This document shows positions 9,555 through 19,615 of a DNA stretch of 64,000 nt, one piece after another. How positions within the stretch are numbered: position 1 is the first letter of the stretch; every line of letters starts with the position of its first letter. Below the pieces are notes generated by a model. The model was not told the origin of the DNA. It worked only from the letters and a program-made list of their open reading frames with translations, and did not search any database. The position numbers and the translations under genes are program-made. The stretch is from Nostoc sp. GTDB lineage: Bacteria > Cyanobacteriota > Cyanobacteriia > Cyanobacteriales > Nostocaceae. The stretch is from the NCBI GenBank assembly GCA_036918135.1, contig JBALDB010000009.1:64001-128000 (forward strand), in the 5' to 3' direction.

Positions 9555-10118
9555 TTACCCCTCTAGCCTCAAACCTCTTTCCATCAGCATCTGAAGTTCG
9601 ACATTCTCAACATTTGGTATCGCTTCTAACCGAGAAATTCCAGCGATCGCATCGGCAATATTACCCGATCGGGGACGCAACCAGGCGGCGTGGGGTGCAT
9701 AGTCAAGACTTTGCTCTACCTGATAACCTGCTCTATCGATGGCCTGGCGCTGGGATTCCACATCAACGCCTTCAGCAAAGCGGATAAAAACCAATCCAGT
9801 TGGTACGGCGAGGGAACCGTTGGGTTCTAATGTATAAATCGGACTCAATGTATTTTTTTGCGAGCGCTTAGGTTCGCCAGAAAAAATTGCGATCGCTCCT
9901 TCATTGAGTTGTAAAATTGCTCCCTGAGCCACCGTGCTGGGTTGATTGTAATGTATTGCGTAGTACCCAGGCTGACGAGTGTAGGATACAGCAGAGGCAT
10001 TGCTGCCAGCGCTAATTTGTTGGGGATACTCAGAAAAGTAATCTTTTTGGAATCTCACTTCAGCAATCAAGGGTAGAGAGTATATCGTCAGAAAATACTC
10101 AGCGGGAAAATAAATCAT
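9555..10118 (-). CDS. Stand-alone subtilase pro-domain-like protein (alternative GTG start 10058)
   Basis: C-terminal half aligns by eye with the pro-region of the adjacent PrcA. No catalytic domain. Confidence 0.75.
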   Translation of the reverse strand: MIYFPAEYFLTIYSLPLIAEVRFQKDYFSEYPQQISAGSNASAVSYTRQPGYYAIHYNQPSTVAQGAILQLNEGAIAIFSGEPKRSQKNTLSPIYTLEPNGSLAVPTGLVFIRFAEGVDVESQRQAIDRAGYQVEQSLDYAPHAAWLRPRSGNIADAIAGISRLEAIPNVENVELQMLMERGLRLEG

Positions 10119-10426
10119 TTTTCTTAAGTTCTAATAATGTTATATCGTTTTTTACTGACATAAAATACAAATCTTTCGGATAACTGCACAAATGTATATG
10201 CCTACTAATAGTAAAGATTCGTAAATCACACCTAACTTTTAATCCCCTCTTTTCTGGAAAGAAGAATTCAAGACTTGTATGAACCTAGAGAGATTAAATT
10301 CTGTTTAAGCTATATATTTTGTGTACCCTAATCCAGATATAACACATGAAAATTGATGAGGGAGATGAGGGGAATAACCAATGCCTAAATTTCCCAAACC
10401 CAATGCCCAATATAGGAGATTAAATT

Positions 10427-12415
10427 ATGGTTCAAGTTCGTTATGGTGGTGAAAATGGTCAACGGTATGAACTTGCAATTAGCGATCGACACATTGTAGT
10501 TCGTACCGAAAACCGCAGCACTCTGATTGGTGAAAGACCGTTTGAAGTCGCACCAGTCTCAGTTGCAGCTCGTAATATCCTTAATCAATTCGATTTAAAA
10601 ACGCGGTTTCGCCAAGCGGGTGTAGAAATTCTCCAAGCGAAAGTTCCAACTCAGGCGGTTGCTTTGCGCGATCGCGCTAGAGCAATTCTCAATGAAGAAC
10701 CTAAAATTGAATTTGCTGGACGTGTTCTTGTCGATCCCACATCCCAAGAACCTGTAATTTATACGGAAAACCTCTTCGTTAAGTTTGATAATCGCCAAGA
10801 ATCAAGGGTGTGCGAGCAAGTTTTAGGGCGTTACAACTTAACAATAAAACGCCAACTTGAGTATGCCCGAAATGCTTATTTTGTCAGCGCCCCTGCAAAT
10901 AGTGGTTTAGCCATCTTTGACATCGCCGAGAGACTCCTAAACGAGCAATCAGTTGAGTTATGCCATCCAGAACTAGTGCGTGAATTACGCCCACGTCAAG
11001 CTTTCCCACAGCAATGGCATCTCAAGCAAACAACAATTAATAGTAAAGTTATCAATGCCCATGCCAACGTTGAGGCAGCTTGGAAATTAAGCGATGGCAC
11101 AGGAACGATTATTGCAATTATCGACGACGGTGTAGATCTCGATCATGAAGAATTCCGTTCCTCTGGGAAAATTGTTGCCCCGCGTGATGTCACACGTAAA
11201 ACTAACGATCCCAGACCAGGAAACGATGATAACCACGGGACAGCCTGTGCAGGAGTAGCCTGTGCAAACGGCAACTTCGGTGCATCTGGTGTCGCGCCTA
11301 GTGCAAAACTGATGCCGATTCGTTTAGCTTCGGCATTGGGATCGCAGGAGGAAGCCGATGCTTTTGTTTGGGCGGTTCAAAACGGTGCTGATGTAATCTC
11401 TTGTAGCTGGGGGCCAGCAGATGGTGTTTGGTTTGAGCCAACCGATCCGCTACACAATCAGAAGGTGCCTTTGCCTGACTCTACAAGACTTGCCATCGAC
11501 TATGCAATTAATAAAGGACGCAATGGCAAGGGTTGTGTAATTTTCTTCGCTGCTGGTAATGGTAACGAAAGCGTCGATAACGACGGCTACGCCAGCTACC
11601 AAAATGTGACTGCTGTGGCAGCTTGTAACGACTACGGTACAAGAAGCGCTTATAGCGACTATGGTCAAGCAGTCTGGTGCGCCTTTCCCAGCAATCATGG
11701 TTACAATTCTCAAACCCCTGGAATTTGGACAACCGATCGCTCTGGTGCTGTCGGCTATAACTCTGGTAATCTGAATTTGGGTGATACCCCAGGCCACTAC
11801 ACAAACTCATTCGGCGGCACTTCTAGCGCTGCTCCGGGCGCAGCTGGTGTAGCAGCCTTGATTCTTGCTAGCAATCCAAATCTGCGTTGGGATCAAGTCC
11901 GAGACATCATTAAACGCTCTTGCGATCGCATCGACCAACCTGGAGGTAAGTATGATGCTAACGGTCGCAGTCCTTTCTACGGTTACGGTCGGATGAATGC
12001 TCTCAAAGCTGTGGAACTGGCTAAGCCCAATCAACCATCACCCATCACCAGATTCCAAGCAGTCCAAGATGTGCCCATTAGCGACTTGCAAACATCAAAA
12101 TTATCATTGGCGATCGCTAATACCAACCTTGTTAAATCCATCAAAGTTAGCGTAGACATCGAGCATACTTACATTGCTGACCTCGTAGTTACTCTTAACC
12201 CCCCAACCCAAACAGGTGTAGTGCCAATAATTCTCCACGATCGCCTCGGCGGATCTTCAGATAACATTAAAACAACCTATGACGAAGTGAACACCCCTAA
12301 ACTTGCTGCCTTTAAAGGTAAAAGTCCCCAAGGAAGCTGGACGCTAGAAGTAGCAGATAAAGTTAACCTAGATACAGGAAAGATTTGCAGCTTCACCATC
12401 GAAATTGGATTTTAA
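10427..12415 (+). CDS. prcA: Calcium-dependent subtilisin-like protease (S8 + P domain)
   Basis: Catalytic motifs IIDDGVD, NHGTACAG, AAGNGN, GGTSSAAP. C-terminal P-domain (DIEHTYIADL...GSWTLEVAD). The 662-aa length and N-terminus MVQVRYGGENG match the Anabaena PrcA as I recall it. Confidence 0.9.
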   Translation: MVQVRYGGENGQRYELAISDRHIVVRTENRSTLIGERPFEVAPVSVAARNILNQFDLKTRFRQAGVEILQAKVPTQAVALRDRARAILNEEPKIEFAGRVLVDPTSQEPVIYTENLFVKFDNRQESRVCEQVLGRYNLTIKRQLEYARNAYFVSAPANSGLAIFDIAERLLNEQSVELCHPELVRELRPRQAFPQQWHLKQTTINSKVINAHANVEAAWKLSDGTGTIIAIIDDGVDLDHEEFRSSGKIVAPRDVTRKTNDPRPGNDDNHGTACAGVACANGNFGASGVAPSAKLMPIRLASALGSQEEADAFVWAVQNGADVISCSWGPADGVWFEPTDPLHNQKVPLPDSTRLAIDYAINKGRNGKGCVIFFAAGNGNESVDNDGYASYQNVTAVAACNDYGTRSAYSDYGQAVWCAFPSNHGYNSQTPGIWTTDRSGAVGYNSGNLNLGDTPGHYTNSFGGTSSAAPGAAGVAALILASNPNLRWDQVRDIIKRSCDRIDQPGGKYDANGRSPFYGYGRMNALKAVELAKPNQPSPITRFQAVQDVPISDLQTSKLSLAIANTNLVKSIKVSVDIEHTYIADLVVTLNPPTQTGVVPIILHDRLGGSSDNIKTTYDEVNTPKLAAFKGKSPQGSWTLEVADKVNLDTGKICSFTIEIGF

Positions 12416-12513
12416 ACCAATACGCTTGGCTTAAGGATAATTCTAGGCTGGGTAGAGCGACAGCAAAACTCAACCTTTTATTTTTAGAGAAGCAAAACTA
12501 AAAATTTTACATA

Positions 12514-12614
12514 TAGCAAGTGAATTAAAGGTTAGGACATCTTGAAAGCGTAGATGTTAAGAATAGTAATGTTTTACCTCCTGCCTCCTGCCTCCTGCCT
12601 TCTGCCTCCTGCTA
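12514..12614 (+). mobile_element. MITE family C copy
   Basis: TA|TAGCAAG...GGTTAGGACATCTTGAAAGC...(CCTCCTG)n...CTGCTA|TA. Confidence 0.75.
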
Positions 12615-12633
12615 TAACTTTACAACTAGTAAT

Positions 12634-13263
12634 TCAGTTGGAACACAGTGCAGCGAGTCGTTGGAATGCCGATGGTGCTGGACTATTTGCAAGGTGCTGG
12701 CGTATCATCTGGGCACACGCAGCCGGACTTAACAATGAGGTATCCACTTCAAGGTCATAGATTCCAGGGATGTGGACTTCACGTTGCCATAGCTCAACTG
12801 GACGTGGCACCGGGGAGTTGGCTTCACTTTCCACGTTCCACCCGGTGTTTTGTCGTCTTTCCATAATTATCTCAATGGGGCAGCGAACGCCTACAAACAA
12901 GACTGGCAATCCGTTTAAACGCCGAACACTATCGGTTAGAATGCCCCGCTTGATTGCGTATGCGTCATGGTGTCCGACATCAACCACGACATTTAGTCCC
13001 AAGCGGCTGTGGGCGGCGATGGATTCATACATGGCGCTGTATAGAATGGGAACGAGGTGTTCAATGTCCTGACGTTCTCCCCCTGGCCGCAGACCAATCC
13101 CAGGCAGGTATCGTGCGGGAGTCATTTGCATAAACCTATCGACACCCAAGTTCATCCATACCCCATCAAACGTCTTCTGGATCGCTGCGACAATGCTTGA
13201 CTTCCCCGCTCGCGGAGTACCATTGAGGATGATAATCTGTCCTAGCTCTTGTGTCTGTCCCAC
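12634..13263 (-). CDS. Chloramphenicol phosphotransferase-like P-loop kinase
   Basis: IIILNGTPRAGKSS, GLNVVVD, LFVGVRCP, YDLEVDTS. Confidence 0.9.
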   Translation of the reverse strand: MGQTQELGQIIILNGTPRAGKSSIVAAIQKTFDGVWMNLGVDRFMQMTPARYLPGIGLRPGGERQDIEHLVPILYSAMYESIAAHSRLGLNVVVDVGHHDAYAIKRGILTDSVRRLNGLPVLFVGVRCPIEIIMERRQNTGWNVESEANSPVPRPVELWQREVHIPGIYDLEVDTSLLSPAACAQMIRQHLANSPAPSAFQRLAALCSN

Positions 13264-13302
13264 GAGCGCTCCTCGTATCTTTTTCTAGTATATTTAATTG
13301 GC

Positions 13303-13431
13303 AGTAAGTCGGTGCAATAAAACCAAACTGTGTAAAGAAAAGTAAATAAGCCTCAAACTCTTTCTGCTCCTGCTAATATCTCCCAGCAAGAACTACCTTA
13401 TCCCAACAATAATTATTTACGCCGATCTACT
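13303..13431 (+). mobile_element. MITE family A copy
   Basis: Ends AGTAAGTCGGTG...CGCCGATCTACT. Homologous to 16638-16750. Confidence 0.7.
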
Positions 13432-13491
13432 TAATCACAAAGGCGTCGTTTCACCCAATTAATTCAAGCAACTCTTAATAAATAGGCATCA

Positions 13492-13654
13492 TATCAAGTT
13501 CGGCTAATTACGGCAGATATGGTTGGTGTTGTTGGTAATTGGTGATTGGGAAGAAGGGGAACAGGGGAAGAGTTAAACTGTATTTTTATTCCCCATTATC
13601 CATTACCCATTACCAACCCTCACAGGTATCATAAGTATTCAACCGGACATGATA
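13492..13654 (+). mobile_element. MITE family B copy with 3-bp TCA target-site duplication
   Basis: TIRs TATCAAGTTCGG / CCGGACATGATA, flanked by TCA at 13489-91 and 13655-57. Confidence 0.85.
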
Positions 13655-13668
13655 TCACAGCAATTAAA

Positions 13669-13700
13669 GGTGCGTTACCGCGTAGCGTAACGCACCCTAC
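13669..13700. repeat. REP-like hairpin, may act as thiC terminator
   Basis: GGTGCGTTAC-CGCGTAGC-GTAACGCACC followed by CTAC. Confidence 0.6.
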
Positions 13701-13756
13701 AAAACTACAAAACTTTTTAAACCACTTGTGTTTGTATCTTTGCGTCAGAGCGTCAA

Positions 13757-15130
13757 TTAACTTTGGGTCACAGGCTCTTTCGCCAAAAACTTCTCTAATT
13801 CTGTCAGCGCATCTGCATCAACTTTAGTTTGCATTGGGCAGAACTTCGGGCCGCACATCGAGCAAAACTCGGCAGTTTTATAGATGTCTGCTGGCAGAGT
13901 TTCGTCATGATATTCCTTAGCTCTTTCCGGGTCGAGTGCTAATTCAAACTGACGGTTCCAATCGAAGTTGTAACGCGCTTGGGAAAGTTCATCGTCTCTA
14001 TCCCTTGCACCAGGGCGATGTCTAGCAATATCCGCCGCGTGAGCTGCTATTTTGTAGGCAATCAACCCGTTCCGCACATCTTCGGCATTTGGTAATCCCA
14101 AATGTTCTTTCGGTGTCACATAGCACAACATTGCTGTACCGTACCATCCTGCCATCGCTGCCCCGATCGCTGAAGTAATATGGTCATAGCCAGGAGCAAT
14201 GTCTGTTACCAATGGCCCTAACACATAGAAAGGTGCTTCAGAACACTCTTCCATCTGCTTGCGGACGTTAAATTCAATTTGATCCATTGGTACGTGTCCA
14301 GGCCCTTCTACCATCACCTGTACATTATCTTCCCAAGCTTTGCGAGTAAGCTGTCCCAAGGTTTTCAATTCAGCCAATTGTGCCGCATCTGAGGCATCAT
14401 GGGTACAGCCAGGACGCAGGGAATCTCCTAAACTGAAGCAGACATCGTATCTTTTGAAAATCTCAATAATGTCCCGGAAGTGGGTATAAAGCGGGTTTTG
14501 TTTATGGTGATGTAGCATCCACCGTGCCAGAATACCGCCACCGCGAGAAACAATACCAGTGATGCGGCTTCTTACCAAAGGCAAATGTTCAATTAAAATC
14601 CCAGCATGGATGGTTTGGTAGTCTACCCCTTGCTGGGCGTGTTTTTCAATAATATGAAGAAAGTCATCAGCAGTCAGCTTTTCAATTGTGCCGTGGACAC
14701 TTTCTAAAGCTTGGTAAACTGGCACTGTACCAATGGGAACTGGGGAAGCCTTAATAATAGCGGTACGAATTTCATCCAAATTCCCGCCACCTGTAGACAA
14801 GTCCATCACAGTATCAGCACCGTACTTCACCGCCAGATTTAGCTTATCCACTTCTTCCTGAAGATTGGAAGAGTTGGGTGATGCGCCGATATTAGCATTT
14901 ACCTTACATTTAGAGGCGATGCCAATAGCCATTGGCTCTAGATTTGTGTGATTAATGTTAGCCGGAATAATCATTCGTCCCCGCGCTACTTCCTCACGAA
15001 TGAGATCGGCCGGGAGATTTTCCCGGTGGGCGACGTAGTGCATTTCTTCAGTGATAACACCTTGGCGTGCATAATGCATTTGAGATACATTACTCTGCCC
15101 ACGCCGCTTAGCAACCCATTCTGTTCGCAT
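13757..15130 (-). CDS. thiC: Phosphomethylpyrimidine synthase
   Basis: [39 protein letters not shown] Fe-S motif. Confidence 0.99.
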   Translation of the reverse strand: MRTEWVAKRRGQSNVSQMHYARQGVITEEMHYVAHRENLPADLIREEVARGRMIIPANINHTNLEPMAIGIASKCKVNANIGASPNSSNLQEEVDKLNLAVKYGADTVMDLSTGGGNLDEIRTAIIKASPVPIGTVPVYQALESVHGTIEKLTADDFLHIIEKHAQQGVDYQTIHAGILIEHLPLVRSRITGIVSRGGGILARWMLHHHKQNPLYTHFRDIIEIFKRYDVCFSLGDSLRPGCTHDASDAAQLAELKTLGQLTRKAWEDNVQVMVEGPGHVPMDQIEFNVRKQMEECSEAPFYVLGPLVTDIAPGYDHITSAIGAAMAGWYGTAMLCYVTPKEHLGLPNAEDVRNGLIAYKIAAHAADIARHRPGARDRDDELSQARYNFDWNRQFELALDPERAKEYHDETLPADIYKTAEFCSMCGPKFCPMQTKVDADALTELEKFLAKEPVTQS

Positions 15131-15147
15131 ATTGAATTCCTCGATAA

Positions 15148-15233
15148 ACAGCTTCCCTCCGCTGGTATTACCCAGACTCAGGTGTTAAGGGTGTGATCTC
15201 AGCCTGATAATGTAGGCACCCCTAGCATGGTTG
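15148..15233 (-). promoter_or_regulatory. TPP riboswitch
   Basis: Minus strand reads CTAGGGGTGCC...GGCTGAGATCACACCCTTAACACCTGAGTCTGGGTAATACCAGCGGAGGGAAGCTG, directly upstream of thiC. Confidence 0.97.
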
Positions 15234-15403
15234 TTGATTGTAGCACTTTACTTAAGGTCGCGAGGAAAGGTGTTAACAATTCCTGAGGTGAGCGATAATT
15301 TGTAATTGCGTTGGGGCGATCGCTATTAGAGGATAGGTCTAAGATTAACTTGTATCAGTAGATAACAGAGTTTAAAGAAGTTAAATTCACCAGATTGACT
15401 TTA

Positions 15404-16010
15404 ATGACATATATCTCCCCAAAAACGCTGACATTTGAAGATTTTCTCTCCCAATACCGAGACAATCCCCGCTATGAACTAGCAGACGGAGAACTAATTG
15501 ACATGGAACCAACTGGCCCTCACGAAACGGTGAGTGGCAAACTCGCAACCCAAATTGGGATCTACCTTGTTGCAGAACAACTCCCCTGGTTCATTCCTCG
15601 CACTTGTTTAATTTACCCGTTTGCGGATACAGCTACAGCTCGTCGTCCTGATCTCGTGGTTCTCGATGAAACCGTTCTCCACCGCGAACCCCTTTGGGAA
15701 CGAGAACCCGTAATTACTCTTGGACGCTCAATTAAACTGGTTGTGGAAGTTGTTAGCACCAACTGGGAAACGGACTATGCCCGGAAAGTTGAAGAATATG
15801 CACTTTTAGGGATTCGGTGAATATTGGATTGTCGATTATCGAGGATTGGGTGGTGTGGCATTTATTGGTAAACCCAAACAACCTACGTTCACTGTTTGTC
15901 AACTAATTGAAGATACTTATACTCAACAACAATACCGACTAAACCAATCAATTAATTCACCGCTTTTGCCCCATCTTCAACTTCGCTTAGATGACGTTCT
16001 GCCTCGTTAA
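15404..16010 (+). pseudogene. Uma2-family (PD-(D/E)xK) endonuclease, frameshifted
   Basis: ORF stops at TGA 15818-20 after YALLGIR. The +1 frame from 15819 continues EYWIVDYRGLGG...LDDVLPR to TAA 16008-10. Confidence 0.9.
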
Positions 16011-16433
16011 ATATTAAGTGCAGAAAAAAATTTAGAAGCGTAGGAGCAAAGCGGTTTGTCGCTAGACATCGCCTCATTTACATTTATCACCAAAAGTGCG
16101 TAGGCGTAGCCTGGCGTAGGCATCGCCATTGGATTTTGGTAACCTTTATTATAAATCTCAAATATTAGGATATCAAGAATAGCTGTTGTTATAAAGCGAT
16201 GGTTGTTTTGAGTGCGTGAATTACTTACATTAATTAGCAAACAGGCAGATTGAGAAATTAATTTGCCTGTTTTCTTCCCCAAAATATCAAAATCACAAAG
16301 CAAAAGCTTATTTGACTTGCGGAAAACACCAAAATCAGAAAGCAAACTGGGGTTTGAGAAAGCATTTTAATAAAATGAGAAAGTATCGCTGCAAGCCCCG
16401 ATAGATATCTTCATCGCTATCAAAAATGCTTAA

Positions 16434-16600
16434 TATCATGTCCGGTTAAATACTTATGATATCTGTGAGGGTTGGTAATGGGTAATGGGTAATGTGGAAT
16501 AAAAATACAGTTTAACTCTTCCCTCTTCCCTAATTCCCAATGACCTATTACCAATTACCAGCAACACCAACATATTGTAAGTAATTAGCCGAACTTGATA
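16434..16600 (-). mobile_element. MITE family B copy with TAA target-site duplication
   Basis: Inverted near-copy of 13492-13654. TAA at 16431-33 and 16601-03. Confidence 0.85.
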
Positions 16601-16637
16601 TAACACAACGACTTGGGTGTGTTTGAGATTTAGCATA

Positions 16638-16750
16638 AGTAAGTCGGCACAATAAAACCAAACTATGTGAAAAAAAATTAACTAGGCTAAAACCCTTTTC
16701 CCTCCTGCCTCCTGCCTCATCTCAACGATAAATTTTCCCACCTACCTACT
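16638..16750 (+). mobile_element. MITE family A copy with TA target-site duplication
   Basis: TA|AGTAAGTCGGC...CCTACCTACT|TA. Removal restores the GCG ATC GCT GCT ATC TAT GCT reading of the regulator remnant. Confidence 0.8.
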
Positions 16751-17510
16751 TAGATAGCAGCGATCGCACCAGTACTTCGCTCTTAGGCATCCGCAAATCC
16801 ATCAGTGCCACATTGGGCCAATCTTTGCGGAAAAGTTCTAACGCTTGTTGGCGATTGCAGGCATATCCATAACTAGTTAGGAAAAATACTTAAGTAAACG
16901 GCAATTTTGAAAACTCTATCTTTAGGGAGATGTTTATTTTATAATTTTTTATACTTTAAACTGAGATAACTACAATCAAATGAAAACAATTTCCGGACTT
17001 ACATCAGATACATGGTGGTTATTGTTGAGCTTAAATAGAAGCAATGCCTATGACGGGCTGTTCGGTAACGCGCAGAATATAGCTGTGTCCCTAGTGCATC
17101 TGCACGAAAAACAGCATATATAAGCATAATTTCTGATATTTGAATAAAATTCTACTTTCGTGTAATTTGCTCAGATTTAAAATTAGAGTCACTGCAAAGC
17201 ATTGCCTGCTATCGATCGGAACTTAAAAAACAACAGTAGCGTAGGGGAGTTTTTTGATTGAGTGAAGTGGCTCTCAAAAGTCACAAATTTAATGGATAAT
17301 AACAGTTAGCTCTATTCCTGTCAACCTATGTAAAATTGTTGGCAAATTCTTCAGGCAGTGGGAACTAGGAACTGGGGGGACAAAAAGGAGAATAACTCCT
17401 AACTTCCAATTCCAATACTTCTAACTCTGCACTCTTGCAAAATAGAGAGTGCAAAGAGAAAAGCCAAGATTCTATGAGTCACTTTGACTTTTGCAACACA
17501 AGCGTATTTG

Positions 17511-19457
17511 ATGGCTAAATCAATTGTTTCAAAAAAACGGCTCAGCAAACAGTTTATCCGCTGGTTGCTGGAAGAAGATAGACGAAAGCGGCAAGGGCGT
17601 TACCACAAGGAAGAATCACATCGCCAGCATCCTTGGTGGCAGGTAATGTGCTTGACTGGTGTAGATTATTTCTCGACCCTTGGCTATCAGCCTGGGATTG
17701 CAGCACTGGCTGCTGGCGCTCTTTCTCCTGTGGCGACGCTGATTCTAGTTTTGCTAACGCTGTTTGGCGCATTGCCCATCTATCGGCGCATTGCTGCCGA
17801 AAGCAATCATGGGGAAGGGTCGATCGCTATGTTAGAGCGTTTGCTCTCGTGGTGGCAAGGCAAATTACTTGTACTGTGCCTACTGGGGTTTGTGGCAACG
17901 GACTTTATTATCACAATTACGCTGTCGGCTGCTGATGCTACAGCCCATATTATCGAAAATCCCCTGGCTGCAAATTGGGTTCACAATCAGGCGATCGCTA
18001 TTACTCTGATATTAATTGCATTACTAGGCGCAGTTTTCCTCAAAGGTTTTAAAGAAGCGATTGGGATTGCAGTGTTTTTAGTGGCAGTTTATCTGCTGTT
18101 AAACTTTATTGTGGTTGGCGTTGGTTTCTATCAAATCCTAACTCACCCACAAGCGCTCCCTAACTGGCAAGCTGCATTGTTTAGTCGCCATTCTAATCCT
18201 TTGATACTAGTTGGTGTATCTCTGCTCGTATTCCCCAAGTTAGCATTGGGATTGTCAGGTTTTGAAACTGGGGTCACAGTTATGCCCCTAGTCAAAGGTT
18301 GCAGCAGCGACACTTTCCACCATCCTAAAGCTAGGATTCAGAATACACGCAAGCTGCTTACAACCGCTGCTGTAATAATGAGCTTCTTTTTACTCACTAC
18401 CAGTTTTATAACTACTCTACTAATTCCCGCCGCAGAATTTGCCCAAGGAGGTAAAGCCAACGGACGTGCCCTTGCTTATTTGGCACATCTGTATTTTGGT
18501 AATACCTTTGGTACAATTTACGATTTAAGCACTATTTCCATTTTGTGGTTTGCAGGTGCATCCGCAATGGCAGGGCTACTAAATATTGTGCCTCGTTACT
18601 TGCCACGCTATGGCATGGCACCGAATTGGGCACGAGTCAGCCGACCTTTAGTGTTAGTCTATACAGCGATCGCTTTTGTTGTCACAATTATCTTCCGAGC
18701 TAATGTGGAAGCTCAAGGTGGGGCTTACGCAACTGGGGTACTAGTGTTGATTACTTCAGCCGCCTTTGCTGTCACTTTATCAGCTCGCCGTCACAAAGAG
18801 AAGCGCGCAACTTTTGTCTTTGGAATTATTACAGTGTTATTTGTGTATACCACTGTTGTTAATATTATCGAAAGACCAGAAGGGATTCGGATTGCTGCAT
18901 GTTTTATCGGTGCGATTATTTTCACTTCCCTAATTTCTCGCGTTTGGCGTTCAACTGAACTGCGAGTTGAGCGAATTGAGATTGATGATAATGCCCAACA
19001 GTTCATTGCTGAAGAAAGCCAAGGGGCAATACGAATAATTGCAAATCGGTTGAATACAGGCGATGTCCTAGAGTATTTTTTAAAAGAGAAAGAAGTGCGT
19101 GATGACAATCACATTCCACCCGACGATCCAATTCTGTTTCTAGAAATTAAGGTGTCAGATGCTTCGGAATTTGCTGAGGTGGTAAAAGTAAAAGGGCTAC
19201 AAGTTGGCGATTACCGCATCTTACGTGCCGAAAGTGCAGCAGTACCGAATGCGATCGCAGCTTTACTATTGTATATTCGCGACCAAACAGGTAAGATTCC
19301 CCATGCTTACTTCGGCTGGGTCGAGGGAAACCCCATACAATACTTACTGCGTTTTATTTTATTTGGTGAAGGCGATATTGCTGTGATTACCCGTGAAGTC
19401 GTGCGTCGCGCTGAAAAAGATCCTGAAAGGCGTCCTGGTATCCATGTTGGGGGATGA
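17511..19457 (+). CDS. APC/KUP-superfamily transporter, KimA(YdaO)-like
   Basis: About 12 TM segments plus a soluble C-terminal domain. Motifs [34 protein letters not shown]. Confidence 0.85.
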   Translation: MAKSIVSKKRLSKQFIRWLLEEDRRKRQGRYHKEESHRQHPWWQVMCLTGVDYFSTLGYQPGIAALAAGALSPVATLILVLLTLFGALPIYRRIAAESNHGEGSIAMLERLLSWWQGKLLVLCLLGFVATDFIITITLSAADATAHIIENPLAANWVHNQAIAITLILIALLGAVFLKGFKEAIGIAVFLVAVYLLLNFIVVGVGFYQILTHPQALPNWQAALFSRHSNPLILVGVSLLVFPKLALGLSGFETGVTVMPLVKGCSSDTFHHPKARIQNTRKLLTTAAVIMSFFLLTTSFITTLLIPAAEFAQGGKANGRALAYLAHLYFGNTFGTIYDLSTISILWFAGASAMAGLLNIVPRYLPRYGMAPNWARVSRPLVLVYTAIAFVVTIIFRANVEAQGGAYATGVLVLITSAAFAVTLSARRHKEKRATFVFGIITVLFVYTTVVNIIERPEGIRIAACFIGAIIFTSLISRVWRSTELRVERIEIDDNAQQFIAEESQGAIRIIANRLNTGDVLEYFLKEKEVRDDNHIPPDDPILFLEIKVSDASEFAEVVKVKGLQVGDYRILRAESAAVPNAIAALLLYIRDQTGKIPHAYFGWVEGNPIQYLLRFILFGEGDIAVITREVVRRAEKDPERRPGIHVGG

Positions 19458-19615
19458 GGAAAGACGCTCTAGCGCAGGGACAACAGAATTTGATATTGGC
19501 AGATAAAATTTTGCACTTTGACTATACTGATTCTGCTAATAGGGGGTCTGCATTCAATCACACCCCCCATTTTTCTCTCTCGTCGGCGTATTTAGTCTTA
19601 ACTCCGAACTACTAT

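Larger units (their letters stand above)
16388..16870 (-). pseudogene. NarL-type response-regulator receiver remnant split by two MITEs
   Basis: Pieces NRQQALELFRKDWPNVALMDLRMP / AIAAIYAK / KHTQVVVL / SIFDSDEDIYRGLQ join up when the MITEs are removed. Confidence 0.8.

Noticed and set aside
10119..10426. NtcA site in the prcA divergent promoter
   Set aside because: No GTA-N8-TAC match found by eye.
7185..12633. Canonical lasso-peptide gene cluster
   Set aside because: No precursor with a lasso leader/core pattern, no RRE (B1) and no transglutaminase-like B2 gene were visible.
12634..13263. Antibiotic-resistance island (CPT-like kinase; also the beta-lactamase-like gene at 40471)
   Set aside because: Both families are widespread with unproven substrates, and no resistance-cassette context is present.
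16007..16345. 112-aa minus-strand ORF
   Set aside because: No recognisable motif, runs through a small dispersed repeat, and lies in a decayed region.
17330..17460. c-di-AMP (ydaO) riboswitch upstream of the KimA-like gene
   Set aside because: Only vague 5' resemblance; the conserved CCGTCAGCTAAC 3' segment is missing. An Infernal search with the ydaO-yuaA model would settle it.
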